Source of the DNA: Candidatus Eremiobacteria bacterium
GTDB taxonomy: Bacteria > Vulcanimicrobiota > Vulcanimicrobiia > Vulcanimicrobiales > Vulcanimicrobiaceae
Assembly (NCBI GenBank): GCA_963737065.1
Contig: CAVTRC010000001.1
Location: 2,272,001 to 2,336,000, forward strand
DNA: 64,000 nucleotides
Reading direction: 5' to 3'
Position numbers and translations under genes: made by a program. Below the pieces are notes generated by a model, which did not search any database, was not told the origin of the DNA, and saw only the letters and a list, made by a program, of their open reading frames with translations. Below are positions 10,209 through 20,449 of the stretch, in pieces (the stretch's first letter is position 1; every line of letters begins with the position of its first letter).

Positions 10209-12029
10209 CAGTGCGTCGTAAGCTCGATGGTAAAGGTGCGTCCCGGCATCGGATAGCCGCTGACTTCAGCGTACCGCTCGTTCCCGACGTTATACGCGTG
10301 CAACGCCAAGAGCGCACGCGGCATCACGCGCAAGCGCACGAATGCGTCGCTGGTCGTGTAGCCGGCCGATTGCGCAAAGGGCGGAAGGGCCGCATCGAAC
10401 GGTTGACGTTGGCCCGCGGTGCGAATCGAAATGCCGCCGTCAGCGAACAGTCCGCGTTCGCGTCCGTGGAACGCAACAAGCGTGTTAACGCTCAGCACCG
10501 GATCGTTCGGAAGGCGCGTTGCGAGGAAGACGTCTTGTGCGCGATAGAGATCCGTAATGTTGAACGCGACCGTGATGCCGTGCATCGGACGCGTACGCGT
10601 CTCGATCGTAAATCCTTGCATGCGCGCCTGCGCCACGTTCTCGGGCGCGAAATTATCCTGCGGATTCGCAATGATCAGATCGTGCGTGTAGTTCGTGAAC
10701 CACGTGATCGCCGTACCGCCCAGTACGTCGTCGAAACGAAGGCTTGCGTCTCCTACGGCGGCGCGTTCCGATGCCAGGTTCGGATTGCCGTATCCCGGGA
10801 AATAGAGTTCGCTCGCGTTCGGCGCACGGAACGCGGATGCCGCATTGAGGCGCAACGATGTGCCGTTGCCCAATTCCGTTCGGAACCCGAAGGACGGTGA
10901 GATCTCTCCGCCAAGCGAACCGTCACGCTCGCCGCGCATGCCGGCATACAGATCGCCCGCGCGGAGCGCCCAGTTTCCTTGCGCGTACGCCGCCGTTTGC
11001 GCCATCGCATTGTACGAGATGCCGGACGGCGTTCCGTCGCCGGCGTCGCTGCGAACCGTGCCTCGCGAGAGATCGACGCCGTAAATCAACCGTGAAGACG
11101 CACCCGAGACGCTATTGCGGAATGCGAGGTCGCTCCGCGTTTCGCTGCTGACCGCTTGCGTCGTATAAAAACAGTTCGGATCGATGCCCGACGCGTCGCA
11201 GCCGAACGCGATACTTTGACGCGAAGCGCCGATCTGCAGCGTCGGTGCCGAGTGCGCGCCGGGTAGCGAGAATGTGAGCGAGCCGATGTTGTTGGTATCG
11301 GCTTCGCGGCTCGTCGTCGATTCGAATCCGTACGGACCGGGCGCGCCGATATGGTCGCTTTCGAGCGTACCGCGAAATGCTACGCCGACGATCCCCAGTT
11401 TCCGATCGAATCCGAGCCGCGCCGTCGTTTCTGCATAATCGTCGTCGACGCGATAGTTGTTGGCGGCGACGACGCGTTCGAGCGAAAAGCCTTTGCCTTG
11501 CGCGCGCAGTTGGGTGTCATTGAACGTTCCGTACAATATGCGTTGCGGCCGGTGCGGCATTCTGTGCGTCGGTAATGATATTGATGATGCCGCCGATCGC
11601 GCCGGTCCCATAAAGCGTCGAGCCGCCGCCTTCGACCACCTCGATCCGGCGCACGCCGCTGGTCGAAATCGTGCCGAACTGCACCGAGTTCGTGAACTCC
11701 CCCGGCGCGGGAAGACCGTCGACGAGCACGAGCACTTGCGTCGAGCTGCTGCCGCGTATGCCATAGGAGATATTCGAGCCGATCGCGCCGTAGCGGCTAA
11801 TTTCGACGCCGGGAATATCGGCGAGCGCATCTCCGACCGTGCGATAGCCGCGCGTGGCGATGTCTGCAGCGGTTACGACATACGTCGTGCGCGTCGTGGA
11901 ACGCAGTGTCTCGTCGGCGCGATCGCTCGTGACGACGTGCGTGATCTCCGGCGGCGCCGACGGTGTGGGCGAAGGTGAAGCAACGGCAACGGCTGCGGCA
12001 ATGACGCGCAGCGCATCGAAAACGTACAT
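10208..12029 (-). CDS. btuB: TonB-dependent receptor, BtuB-like (split by a 1-bp frameshift at ~11540)
   Basis: Plug motifs IRGSSSTQVLVLVDG and RIEVVEGGGSTLYG are in ORF 11517-12206 (start ATG 12029). Barrel motifs FRAPNASELY, GNPNLASE and YPMPGRTF are in ORF 10208-11830. Confidence 0.88.
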
Positions 12030-12067
12030 GATCCTGTCTTCCTTTTCGCGAGGAACGTGATGCTGCC

Positions 12068-12210
12068 GTCTGTGTCGGTATCCTGACTCGCGGATCGTTG
12101 CCGTCGTGCTCCAAGTCTTCCGACTCCTATAGGAGTTGTGACGATGGAGCGGCTTCCCGCATACAGTGGCGCGACCGTGCCGGCATCTCACCGGCTTCCC
12201 GCGCACAGAC
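12068..12210 (-). ncRNA. Cobalamin riboswitch
   Basis: Minus strand reads GUCUGUG-cgc-GGGAAGCCGGUGAGAUGCCGGCACGGUCGCGCCACUGUA...GGAAG...GAGUCAGGAUACC-ga-CACAGAC (B12 box, 7-bp P1). Directly upstream of btuB. Confidence 0.93.
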
Positions 12211-12291
12211 CACGGTTTGCGCGTTTAGTGCAAACCCATCCGCGCATCTTTGGCACAGGCGCGCGCTTCACCCTGCCGGAAAGAGCCGCGC

Positions 12292-13116
12292 ATGGTCCGC
12301 ATTCTCGCCGTGGCCCTCGCGATCGTATGTTGTATTGGCGCAGCACCGCGCTCACCGCGCATCGTCGCGCTCGTCCCGTCATTGGCTGAAGACGCATTTG
12401 CCGTCGGCGCGCACGTCGTCGCGGTGTCGAAGTTCACCGGCGATTCACCGCAAGCGCGCGGTTTGCCGGTCGTTGCAGATTCTCAGAGCGTCGACGCCGA
12501 GACGATTTTGCGCCTGCATCCCGATGCCGTCATCGGCATTCCCGCGCAAGCCCGTCTCACCGAACCGCTTCGCCGCGCGGGGCTGCGCGTCGTGTTGACA
12601 CCCGACGATTCGTATGATGACATCTTTCGCGATATACAGATCGTCGGAGCAGTAGCCGACCGAACGCCGCAGGCGCTTCGCGTGATCGCGCAGTTGCATC
12701 GCGAAACCGCACGGCTACACGCGAAGGCGTCGCGCGTATATCATCCGTCGGTGTTCTTCGCGCTCGGCACCGGTCCGATTTGGACTGTCGGTTCGCATTC
12801 GTATCTTGCAACCCTCATCGAACTCGCAGGCGGGCGCAATGCCGCGGACGATCTCACGACGGCGTACGGACAGTACAGTGCAGAAGCGCTCTTACGCGCG
12901 CAACCCGACGCGATCGTTGCGGGTCAAGAAACCGATATACGAGGCGTGATCGGGCGGGAACCATGGCGCAGCTTACACGCGGTTCGTGAAGGACACGTTT
13001 TCACCATAACCGACGAGCGTATCGCCAATGCGCTCTATCGTCCGGGACCACACTATACCGAGGGACTCCGCTGGCTGATCGAACGATTGTCGTCGCTGTC
13101 GACACCGAAGACGTAA
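12292..13116 (+). CDS. btuF: Periplasmic cobalamin-binding protein (helical-backbone class)
   Basis: Signal peptide, RIVALVPSLAE, ETILRLHPDAVI, LIELAGGRN, LYRPGP. Divergent from btuB. Confidence 0.85.
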   Translation: MVRILAVALAIVCCIGAAPRSPRIVALVPSLAEDAFAVGAHVVAVSKFTGDSPQARGLPVVADSQSVDAETILRLHPDAVIGIPAQARLTEPLRRAGLRVVLTPDDSYDDIFRDIQIVGAVADRTPQALRVIAQLHRETARLHAKASRVYHPSVFFALGTGPIWTVGSHSYLATLIELAGGRNAADDLTTAYGQYSAEALLRAQPDAIVAGQETDIRGVIGREPWRSLHAVREGHVFTITDERIANALYRPGPHYTEGLRWLIERLSSLSTPKT

Positions 13117-14126
13117 AGCGACCGCTCGAACCCGAACTGATCGAGCTTGAAGCGCTGGCGGAAGCCGCGGGTGCGTTGGTCGTCGATCGCGTCGTGCAGA
13201 AACGGGCGCACGTCGATCCCGCCACGCTCGTCGGGTCTGGCAAGGCACGTGAGATTGCCGACCTCGTACGCGAGCGCCACGCCGCGCTCGTGCTCGTGCT
13301 CAACGATCTGCGACCGCGGCAACGAAAGAATCTCGAAAAGATCATCAGCGTGCCGATCGTCGATCGCACGATGCTGATTCTCGACGTCTTCGCGCGCCAC
13401 GCACGCAGCGGCGAAGGCAAGCTGCAAGTGGAGCTCGCGCAGTTGCGCTACCGTCAATCGAACTTGATCGGGGCCGGCGCGGATCTCTCACGGCTGGCCG
13501 GTGGTATCGGCACGCGTGGCCCGGGTGAAACCAAACTCGAAGTCGACCGTCGCCGGATCCAATCGCGCATCAGCGTTTTGCGCCGTCAACTCGAAACCGT
13601 CGAACGGCGGCGAGGCACTCGGCGCTCGGCTCCCCATCGTGACCCGTTGGTTGCGCTCGTGGGCTATACCAACGTCGGAAAGTCATCACTGCTCAACGCG
13701 CTCGCGCGCAGCGACGCGTACGTTGCGGATCAACCCTTTGCAACGCTCGACCCGACGATACGCCGTGTCTTCCTGGGTGACGGCCGATACGTACGGCTTG
13801 CCGATACCGTCGGCTTCATCACCGATTTACCGCGCGACCTCGTGAACGCGTTTCGCGCAACACTGGAAGAGTTGCGAGAAGCCGAATTGCTCGTGCACGT
13901 CCTCGACGCATCAAATCCCGACTGGGCGCGTCAACAGGAAGCCGTCGATACGATTCTTCATGAGTTACAACTCGATGCCGCCCCACGTATCGTCGTCTTC
14001 AATAAGATCGATGCGGTGCCGCAACGCGCCGCACCGAACGGCGCGCTCGGGGTGAGCGCTACGACCGGCCAGGGGCTCGACCTTCTACGCGCCGCCGTGG
14101 CCGAGCGGACCGCTACCTCGGCATAG
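13071..14126 (+). CDS. hflX: Ribosome-splitting GTPase HflX (probable CTG start)
   Basis: ELEALAEAAG, GSGKARE, DRTMLILDVFA, EGKLQVELAQL, GPGETKLEVDRR, GYTNVGKS, DTVGF, NKID. The conserved N-terminus extends upstream of the TTG at 13176 to CTG 13071, which follows GAGGGA. Confidence 0.92.
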   Translation: MADRTIVVAVDTEDVKRPLEPELIELEALAEAAGALVVDRVVQKRAHVDPATLVGSGKAREIADLVRERHAALVLVLNDLRPRQRKNLEKIISVPIVDRTMLILDVFARHARSGEGKLQVELAQLRYRQSNLIGAGADLSRLAGGIGTRGPGETKLEVDRRRIQSRISVLRRQLETVERRRGTRRSAPHRDPLVALVGYTNVGKSSLLNALARSDAYVADQPFATLDPTIRRVFLGDGRYVRLADTVGFITDLPRDLVNAFRATLEELREAELLVHVLDASNPDWARQQEAVDTILHELQLDAAPRIVVFNKIDAVPQRAAPNGALGVSATTGQGLDLLRAAVAERTATSA

Positions 14127-14146
14127 CGAACTCGCGACCTGCTCCC

Positions 14147-14848
14147 ATGCCTCGAATCGCGCTCGCGCTCGTTTGCGCGCTTACGTTTTTCACGTCCGCA
14201 TGTGCCGCCCGTTATCCCGACGACCGGTATGTGAACGCGGTGCATGCCGTGCGTCCGTCGGTCGTGTTGCTCACGATGAAAGTTCCGCCTGAGAAAAAAG
14301 AAGACAAATTCGACGACGAGTATGCAACCGGTGTCGTCGTCGCAAGCGGAACTTGGGGTGCCGACATTCTAAGCGTGTCTCACGCCGTGCAAGGCGCATG
14401 GGATATTCAGGCAACCATCGCCAACAAAACGCGCGTTCCCGTAAGCATCGTCGCGCGCGACAAAGATCTCGACGTCGCGCTGCTGCGCACGAAACACGCG
14501 GGACTTCCCGTGCTTGCGCTTGGATCGTCGCGAAACCTCAATTCGCAACTCGGCCGCGAAGTCGGACTTGTCGGGTACCCTATCCCCGACGAATTCGAAG
14601 ACGAAGATCTTGGGCTCGCGGCATCGTTCAACAGCGGCCACCTCTCATCGCTGCGCAAGCATGCCTTGGAGGTGTCGCTGCCGATCGTCCCCGGTGAAAG
14701 CGGCGCACCGATCTTCTTGATCGATACCGGCGCCGTCGTCGGCATCGCCGAATCACGCTTCGATGACGAACATTCGATCGGCTTCGCGCTTCCGATCGAC
14801 GACGCGAAGAAGTTTTTGCATACGTACGACGCGGCGCACGGATTCTAG
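14147..14848 (+). CDS. Secreted trypsin-like (S1C/HtrA-type, no PDZ) serine protease
   Basis: Signal/lipoprotein-like N-terminus. Catalytic triad contexts SVSHAV, DVALL, PGESGAP. Confidence 0.8.
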   Translation: MPRIALALVCALTFFTSACAARYPDDRYVNAVHAVRPSVVLLTMKVPPEKKEDKFDDEYATGVVVASGTWGADILSVSHAVQGAWDIQATIANKTRVPVSIVARDKDLDVALLRTKHAGLPVLALGSSRNLNSQLGREVGLVGYPIPDEFEDEDLGLAASFNSGHLSSLRKHALEVSLPIVPGESGAPIFLIDTGAVVGIAESRFDDEHSIGFALPIDDAKKFLHTYDAAHGF

Positions 14849-14862
14849 TCCGGCGCAACGCT

Positions 14863-15336
14863 TCATTTCGTGCAAAGAGAATTAACGGCGGCTATTGCGT
14901 TTCTGTCCGGTTCACTCCCATCAGCATGCGCGTAGACGGCGCGGTAAGAACCGCCGTCGTTGCCGACCAGCGTTTCGTAGACGCGTTCGGTATTGTCGTC
15001 GACGTAATGATGATACGTCAGAACCCAGCCTCGGTCGTTGCCGCAGATCGTCTGTTCGTGATCTACGTCGATCACCGCATCGGGTACGTCGTGCTTGATG
15101 CGTTCGACCTCCAGGTACGCATAGTCGCCGATCGAGAGCCCGTGCAATGGGCCGCGACTGATCTCGATCGATTCGGGACCGCTTGCCGACTGGAACGAAT
15201 ACGTTTTTAGCAAGACCCAGCCGCCGTGCTGCTTCTGCTGCATCGACGCAGACGTCCACGCGGCAGGCGTCGTAACCGTGAAGTTCTCAGCAGGAAGTCT
15301 GGTAGCCGCAAGTAGTGCACCGAAAAGGAACATCAC
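14863..15336 (-). CDS. Hypothetical secreted protein (possibly PsbP/Mog1-like fold)
   Basis: Hydrophobic N-terminus, FTVTTPAAW motif, two Cys. Fold is a guess from pattern only. Confidence 0.55.
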   Translation of the reverse strand: MMFLFGALLAATRLPAENFTVTTPAAWTSASMQQKQHGGWVLLKTYSFQSASGPESIEISRGPLHGLSIGDYAYLEVERIKHDVPDAVIDVDHEQTICGNDRGWVLTYHHYVDDNTERVYETLVGNDGGSYRAVYAHADGSEPDRNAIAAVNSLCTK

Positions 15337-15557
15337 CCCATCCTTTTACTGCGATTGCGCACAACGCGTTAGGAGATTATGCGAGGTCGTTCAACGTTCA
15401 CCCCGCGAAGGCATGCGTTATGCCGGTAAACAACACACGCGGGATCGCTTGCCGGGGCGAACGCACCAGGCCCCGCATCCGCGCGGGTCTTTCGTGACGT
15501 TCTAGGACGCATGAAACAGCGGCTCGCCCGTGCCCGCGCGCTCGGCATACCGGTCGA

Positions 15558-17150
15558 ATGAGTTCAGCGCTGCTTCTGGTGGTGCTGCTCTGCGCCACGG
15601 TCGCGGCAGCGATACTCGCAAAGCGCATCAACGTTCCGTATCCGATCGCGTTCGTGATCGGCGGAATTTTGTTGTCGTTCGTTCCGCATCTTCCCGAACC
15701 GCATATCGATCCACAGCTCATCTTCTTATTAGTGTTACCTCCGCTGCTCCACGCCGGCGGCTGGTCGACGGATCTCGAGGAGCTCAAGCGTAACGTTCGC
15801 CCCGTCGCGCTGCTCGCAATCGGCCTCGTACTTTTCAGCACGGTGATTACGGCGCTCATCGCGCATGCAACCCTCGGTCTGAATTGGGCAATGGCGTTCG
15901 TTCTCGGCGCGATTGTGTCACCGCCGGATGCGATTGCCGCGGAAGCGACGTTCGAACGCATGCACGTTCCGCGCCGTGTCGTAGCGGTACTCACCGGCGA
16001 AGCGCTTCTCAATGACGCGACGGCATTGCTTTTGTATCGCTTCGCGGTCATCGCGGCCGTTTCCGGAGCGTTTTCGTTCGTTGCAGCGCTTGTGTCGTTT
16101 CCGGCCGTTACGATCGGCGGCGTGCTGATCGGACTGCTTGTCGGGTTCCTCATCGAAAACGCGCTGCGACTGCTGCTGCGCGGTGATCTGCAAGACCCGG
16201 CGATCGGCAATGTCATCGTTCTTATCGCACCCTATGCGTCGTATCTACCGGCGGATGCGCTCGGCGCGTCCGGTGTGCTGGCCGCCGTTACGACGGGCAT
16301 TTATCTGAACCGGCGCGCGACGCGATTCATGACGTCTGAAGGGCGGGTCGGCGGCCTCGCGCTTTGGAACATGATGATCTTTTTGCTCAATGCGCTCGTC
16401 TTTCTGCTCATTGGACTCGAGCTTCCCTATATCATCAGTTCGCTCGGGAATTCGTTCACGCGTTTCCTCGTCGACGGGTTCGTCATCAGCATCGCAGTCG
16501 TCATCATCCGCATCGTGTGGGTCTTTCCGGCGGTATGGTTGCCGCGCGCACTTTCGAAACGAATACGCGAACGCGATCCGATGCCGCCGTGGGCCTGGGT
16601 GGCCGTCATTGCATGGAGCGGAATGCGAGGAATCGTTTCGCTTGCAGCAGCGCTGGCATTACCGTATCGCGACGCGGCGCATCATCCGCTGAGCGGACGA
16701 GCCGAGATCATTTTCATCACGTTGTGCGTCATCGTCGTTACGCTCGTCTTCCAAGGTCTTTCGCTCGGGCCGCTCATCTCGTGGCTCGGGATCAGTGAAA
16801 CGGCTGACCCGCAGCGGCGTGAAACGACGCTGCGCATCTGCGCGCTGGAGGCCGGCATGAAGCGATTGCACGACCTCGAGCCGACGTTTCACACCGCGGT
16901 GGAATGGGAGATTGCGGGCCGCGTACTCAGCGAGTACGAAAGGCGAATCGAGCATCTACGCGGTCACCTCAAAGATCAGGCGGAGCAAGACGAACGACTC
17001 GAAAACGCGACGGATCGCCGCCTGCAGCAGGAAGCGCTCGACGCCGAACGTCACGAGATTGCGCAGCTGCGGCGCGCCGGGCAGATTCCCGACGACGTCT
17101 TTCGCTCGATCGCCTACGACCTCGATTTAGCCGAACTACGGCTGCGGTGA
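15558..17150 (+). CDS. Na+/H+ antiporter, CPA1 (NhaP/YjcE) family
   Basis: LPPLL, SPPDAIA, GEALLNDATAL, SGVLAAV, GMRGIVSLAAAL. About 12 TM helices plus a helical C-terminal tail. Confidence 0.92.
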   Translation: MSSALLLVVLLCATVAAAILAKRINVPYPIAFVIGGILLSFVPHLPEPHIDPQLIFLLVLPPLLHAGGWSTDLEELKRNVRPVALLAIGLVLFSTVITALIAHATLGLNWAMAFVLGAIVSPPDAIAAEATFERMHVPRRVVAVLTGEALLNDATALLLYRFAVIAAVSGAFSFVAALVSFPAVTIGGVLIGLLVGFLIENALRLLLRGDLQDPAIGNVIVLIAPYASYLPADALGASGVLAAVTTGIYLNRRATRFMTSEGRVGGLALWNMMIFLLNALVFLLIGLELPYIISSLGNSFTRFLVDGFVISIAVVIIRIVWVFPAVWLPRALSKRIRERDPMPPWAWVAVIAWSGMRGIVSLAAALALPYRDAAHHPLSGRAEIIFITLCVIVVTLVFQGLSLGPLISWLGISETADPQRRETTLRICALEAGMKRLHDLEPTFHTAVEWEIAGRVLSEYERRIEHLRGHLKDQAEQDERLENATDRRLQQEALDAERHEIAQLRRAGQIPDDVFRSIAYDLDLAELRLR

Positions 17151-17633
17151 CGTGCCGGGAACCGGCGTCACGCCCGCGGTTGGCGACGGCGCCGCAGCCG
17201 GACTGGCGCTCGGAGGCGGCGCCTCCGGATTATAGGTTGGAATCACGGTCGCTTGGGGCGTCGGTGTCGGCGGCGGCGGAAGCGTCGCAACGGACGCCGG
17301 TTTCGTAATCGGCACCAAGCGCAGATATCCGACCTGTGACGTTTCATTCTTGCGTACGCGAATGGGAGCCGAATCCGTCGAGAACCCCGGCATGCGCGCC
17401 GAGACGGTCTGCTGTCCGATCGGAATGCGCCCGAGAGTGAATGCACCGTTCGCGTCGGCGGTTGCAGTGTAGAGCGATCCGACCGAGATGATTGCGTTTG
17501 CAATCGGCCGGTTCGTCATCGCGTCGAGCACGCGTCCGGCCACCTGGCCGTAATCTTGCACGCCCACGACGCCGTTGTTACAGCTGTCGGCAACCGTCAA
17601 AAGAAAAACGAAGGCGAGAAGCAGTCTGCGCAT
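17136..17633 (-). CDS. Putative lipoprotein with carboxypeptidase-regulatory-like domain and Pro-rich tail
   Basis: Lipobox-like VADSC, GRVLDAMTNRPIANA...ADANGAF...PGF. Confidence 0.75.
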   Translation of the reverse strand: MRRLLLAFVFLLTVADSCNNGVVGVQDYGQVAGRVLDAMTNRPIANAIISVGSLYTATADANGAFTLGRIPIGQQTVSARMPGFSTDSAPIRVRKNETSQVGYLRLVPITKPASVATLPPPPTPTPQATVIPTYNPEAPPPSASPAAAPSPTAGVTPVPGTSPQP

Positions 17634-17721
17634 GTGTTAACGATAGCAGACTCATCCAATCGCTAGCGAGCAACCCGCCAAAACGCCGAATTGGCTGGGC
17701 AATTACCCAGGTAAATGCAGG

Positions 17722-17745
17722 CGCTTGTGAAAAATTTCACAAGCG
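17722..17745. promoter_or_regulatory. Palindromic operator matching the Rex consensus upstream of nuoA
   Basis: CGC-TTGTGAA-AAAT-TTCACAA-GCG. Exact TTGTGAA-N4-TTCACAA at 17725-17742. It also contains the CRP-type TGTGA-N6-TCACA. Confidence 0.8.
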
Positions 17746-18099
17746 ATGAACCCGTATGGACCGGTAGGAATTTATCTCGTCGTCGCGCTCGCGGCGGCAC
17801 TGCTCTTCACGTTTTTGCCCGGATTGCTCGGGCGCGCGAAACCGAATCCGCAGAAACAAGACGCGTACGAGTGCGGCGTCGAGCCGACCTCGGCGGTCGC
17901 CGGACGGTTCCCCGTGCGCTTCTATCTTATCGCGATGCTTTTTGTAATCTTCGATGTCGAAGCCGCGTCGTTCTATCCTTGGGCGGTTCAGATGCACGCG
18001 TTACGAGTCTTCGGCTTGGTCGAGATGGTCGTTTTCGTCATCGTGCTCGCGATTGGGTATGCGTATGTGTGGAAGAAGGGCGGCTTTGAGTGGAGATAG
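17746..18099 (+). CDS. nuoA: NADH-quinone oxidoreductase subunit A
   Basis: [23 protein letters not shown]. Confidence 0.95.
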   Translation: MNPYGPVGIYLVVALAAALLFTFLPGLLGRAKPNPQKQDAYECGVEPTSAVAGRFPVRFYLIAMLFVIFDVEAASFYPWAVQMHALRVFGLVEMVVFVIVLAIGYAYVWKKGGFEWR

Positions 18100-18569
18100 G
18101 TCCGGGGCAATTTTTACTCGCGCGATTGGACGACGTCGCGCGTTGGGCGCAGAGTTCGTCGGTGTGGCCGCTCACCATGGGCTTGGCGTGCTGCGCGATC
18201 GAGATGATGTCGGTCACCTCCGCCGAGTACGATATCGCGCGCTTGGGTTCCGAAGTGTTTCGTAGTTCGCCGCGTCAAGCGGATCTGATGATCGTCTCCG
18301 GTCGAGTTGCGCAAAAGATGGCGCCGGTCGTCAAGCGTCTCTACGATCAGATGGCGGACCCGAAATGGGTGATATCGATGGGCGCATGCGCAAGTTCGGG
18401 CGGCGTTTTCGATAATTACGCGGTCATCCAAGGCATTGATACGATCGTTCCCGTCGACGTTTACGTTCCGGGATGCCCGCCGACGCCGGACGGCTTGCTG
18501 TACGCCGTCAATTTAATTCAGCAGCAAATCCGAGAAGGTGGCCGCGGCGGCATCTTAGTCCGGTCATAA
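18090..18569 (+). CDS. nuoB: NADH-quinone oxidoreductase subunit B
   Basis: [31 protein letters not shown]. Confidence 0.96.
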   Translation: MEIGPGQFLLARLDDVARWAQSSSVWPLTMGLACCAIEMMSVTSAEYDIARLGSEVFRSSPRQADLMIVSGRVAQKMAPVVKRLYDQMADPKWVISMGACASSGGVFDNYAVIQGIDTIVPVDVYVPGCPPTPDGLLYAVNLIQQQIREGGRGGILVRS

Positions 18570-18579
18570 GGAAAACGCG

Positions 18580-19232
18580 ATGCCTAGTACACAATCACCG
18601 CCGATCGCGGGTGCCGCGATCGATCCTCCGAGCGTGCGCCCGGCGATCGATGACGCCGTCATCGAACGCGTCGAAGTGCAAGCGCTGCGCGCGCGGCTGG
18701 AAGCGCTCGAAGCCGAAGGATATACGATGCTGCTCGATCTCGCGGCGGTCGACTATTTGCCGCGCGACCCTCGGTTCGACGTCGTCTATCATCTCTTGAA
18801 GATGCCGGTGCAAGGACCGCTGAGCGTCGATCGCGTCGGCAAACCGCAACGCTGCCGTATCCTCTGCGGAGTTCGGGATGGCGAGCACGTTCCCAGCGTG
18901 ATGGATCGTTGGAAGAGCGCCGACTGGGCGGAACGCGAAATTTTCGATCTCTTCGGTATCGTTTTCGACGGCCATCCCGATCTGCGCCGGATTCAAATGC
19001 CGTACGACTGGGTCGGCCACCCGCTGCGTAAGGATTATCCGCTGCGTGGGCCCGCGCGCGAACGTTCACCGCGCCCCACGTTCGCGCTGAAAAGCAACGT
19101 ACAAGCCGGTACGCCGCCCTCGGGCCGCACGCTCGAAGCGCTGCAAGAGCAGATAAAACAAGCTCGGCAATCGAATCTGCGGATCGGCCGGAGGCCGAGC
19201 GTCACGGATTCGCCGGAGGCGAATCCAGATGA
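18580..19232 (+). CDS. nuoC: NADH-quinone oxidoreductase subunit C (1-bp deletion near 19172 removes the native stop)
   Basis: [44 protein letters not shown]. The shifted frame ends at TGA 19230-19232, overlapping the nuoD ATG (ATGA). Confidence 0.9.
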
Positions 19233-20449
19233 GTATGTCGACGACTCCGCTCACCCCGGAGATCGTTTCGCAAGAAGGCAACTCGATGGTCCTTTCGATG
19301 GGGCCGCAGCATCCCTCGACGCACGGCGTGCTGCAAATCATGCTCGAGATCGAGGGCGAGTCGATCGTCAAAGCGGAGCCCGAGATCGGCTACCTGCATA
19401 CCGGCATCGAGAAGAACATGGAGAACCTGTTTTGGTCGCAAGCGCAGACCAATGCGGAGCGCATGGACTATCTCGCTCCATCTTCCAACGCGCTCTGCTA
19501 TGCGCTCGCCGTCGAGAAGCTTCTCGGCATTACGGACCGCATTCCGCCGCGCGCCCAACATATTCGCGTGTTGCAAGCGGAACTGACGCGCGTCGCCTCG
19601 CACTGTGTCTGGCTCGGAACACACGGCATCGACCTCGGCGCGATCTCCGTCTTCTTTTATTGCTTCGATCTGCGCGAGAACATTCTCGATCTGCAAGAAG
19701 CATCGGGCGGCGCGCGCATGCATCCGAATTACGTGCGCGTCGGCGGCCTCAACGGCGATTTACCGGACGGCTACATCGGCAAGCTCGACGCGTTGATCGA
19801 AAAATTTCCCGGCCGCATGAGAGAATTGCGCGGCCTCTTGCAAGCGAATCCGATCTTTCAAGACCGCACGATCGACGTCGGTGTGATATCTACCCAAGAA
19901 GCCGTGCAGTGGGGTGTGACCGGTCCGTCGCTGCGCGCCAGCGGCATCGCATATGATGTACGCAGAGCCTACCCGTACACGGGATACGAGCGCTACGAGT
20001 TCGATGTGCCGACACGTACGGAAGGCGACGCATACGCGCGCTTTCTCGTGCGCTTGGACGAGATGGAAGAGTCGATGCGCATCATTCGGCAAGTGCGCGA
20101 GGATCTCGATACGCCGGGTCCGGTCGCGATCGACGATCCGAAGATCTTCGCGCCGCCGAAAGAGACGATCGCGCTTTCGATGGAAGCGTTGATCCATCAC
20201 TTCAAGATCGTGAGCGAGGGGTTCCGCGTTCCGCCGGGCGACGTGTATTCGCCGATCGAAGGACCGCGCGGCGAAGTAGCGTTTTACATCGTCAGCAATG
20301 GTGAGAACCGCCCGTATCGCGCGCGCTTGCGCCCGCCGAGCCTCTATAACTTACAGTGCCTCAAAGGCATGGCGCCGGGAAATCTGATCGCGGACTTGGT
20401 CGTGATGATCGGTTCGCTCGACCCGGTATTCGGCGAGGTCGATCGCTGA
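19229..20449 (+). CDS. nuoD: NADH-quinone oxidoreductase subunit D
   Basis: [37 protein letters not shown]. Confidence 0.97.
   Translation: MSMSTTPLTPEIVSQEGNSMVLSMGPQHPSTHGVLQIMLEIEGESIVKAEPEIGYLHTGIEKNMENLFWSQAQTNAERMDYLAPSSNALCYALAVEKLLGITDRIPPRAQHIRVLQAELTRVASHCVWLGTHGIDLGAISVFFYCFDLRENILDLQEASGGARMHPNYVRVGGLNGDLPDGYIGKLDALIEKFPGRMRELRGLLQANPIFQDRTIDVGVISTQEAVQWGVTGPSLRASGIAYDVRRAYPYTGYERYEFDVPTRTEGDAYARFLVRLDEMEESMRIIRQVREDLDTPGPVAIDDPKIFAPPKETIALSMEALIHHFKIVSEGFRVPPGDVYSPIEGPRGEVAFYIVSNGENRPYRARLRPPSLYNLQCLKGMAPGNLIADLVVMIGSLDPVFGEVDR

Noticed and set aside
10208..12206. Two separate genes or programmed frameshifting in btuB
   Set aside because: Plug and barrel halves join with one base removed, there is no slippery motif, and similar breaks occur elsewhere in the window.
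15341..15545. Firm call as 6S RNA, SRP RNA, c-di-AMP riboswitch or hammerhead ribozyme
   Set aside because: Only fragments match (GUUCAA, GGGGCGAA, CCCGCAUCCG). Diagnostic motifs such as CAGCUAAC, the GGAAGGAAGCAG loop and CUGANGA are absent.
18580..19956. 458-aa NuoC as a NuoC-NuoD fusion or novel extension
   Set aside because: The tail runs out of frame over nuoD. One added base near 19172 restores a stop overlapping the nuoD ATG.
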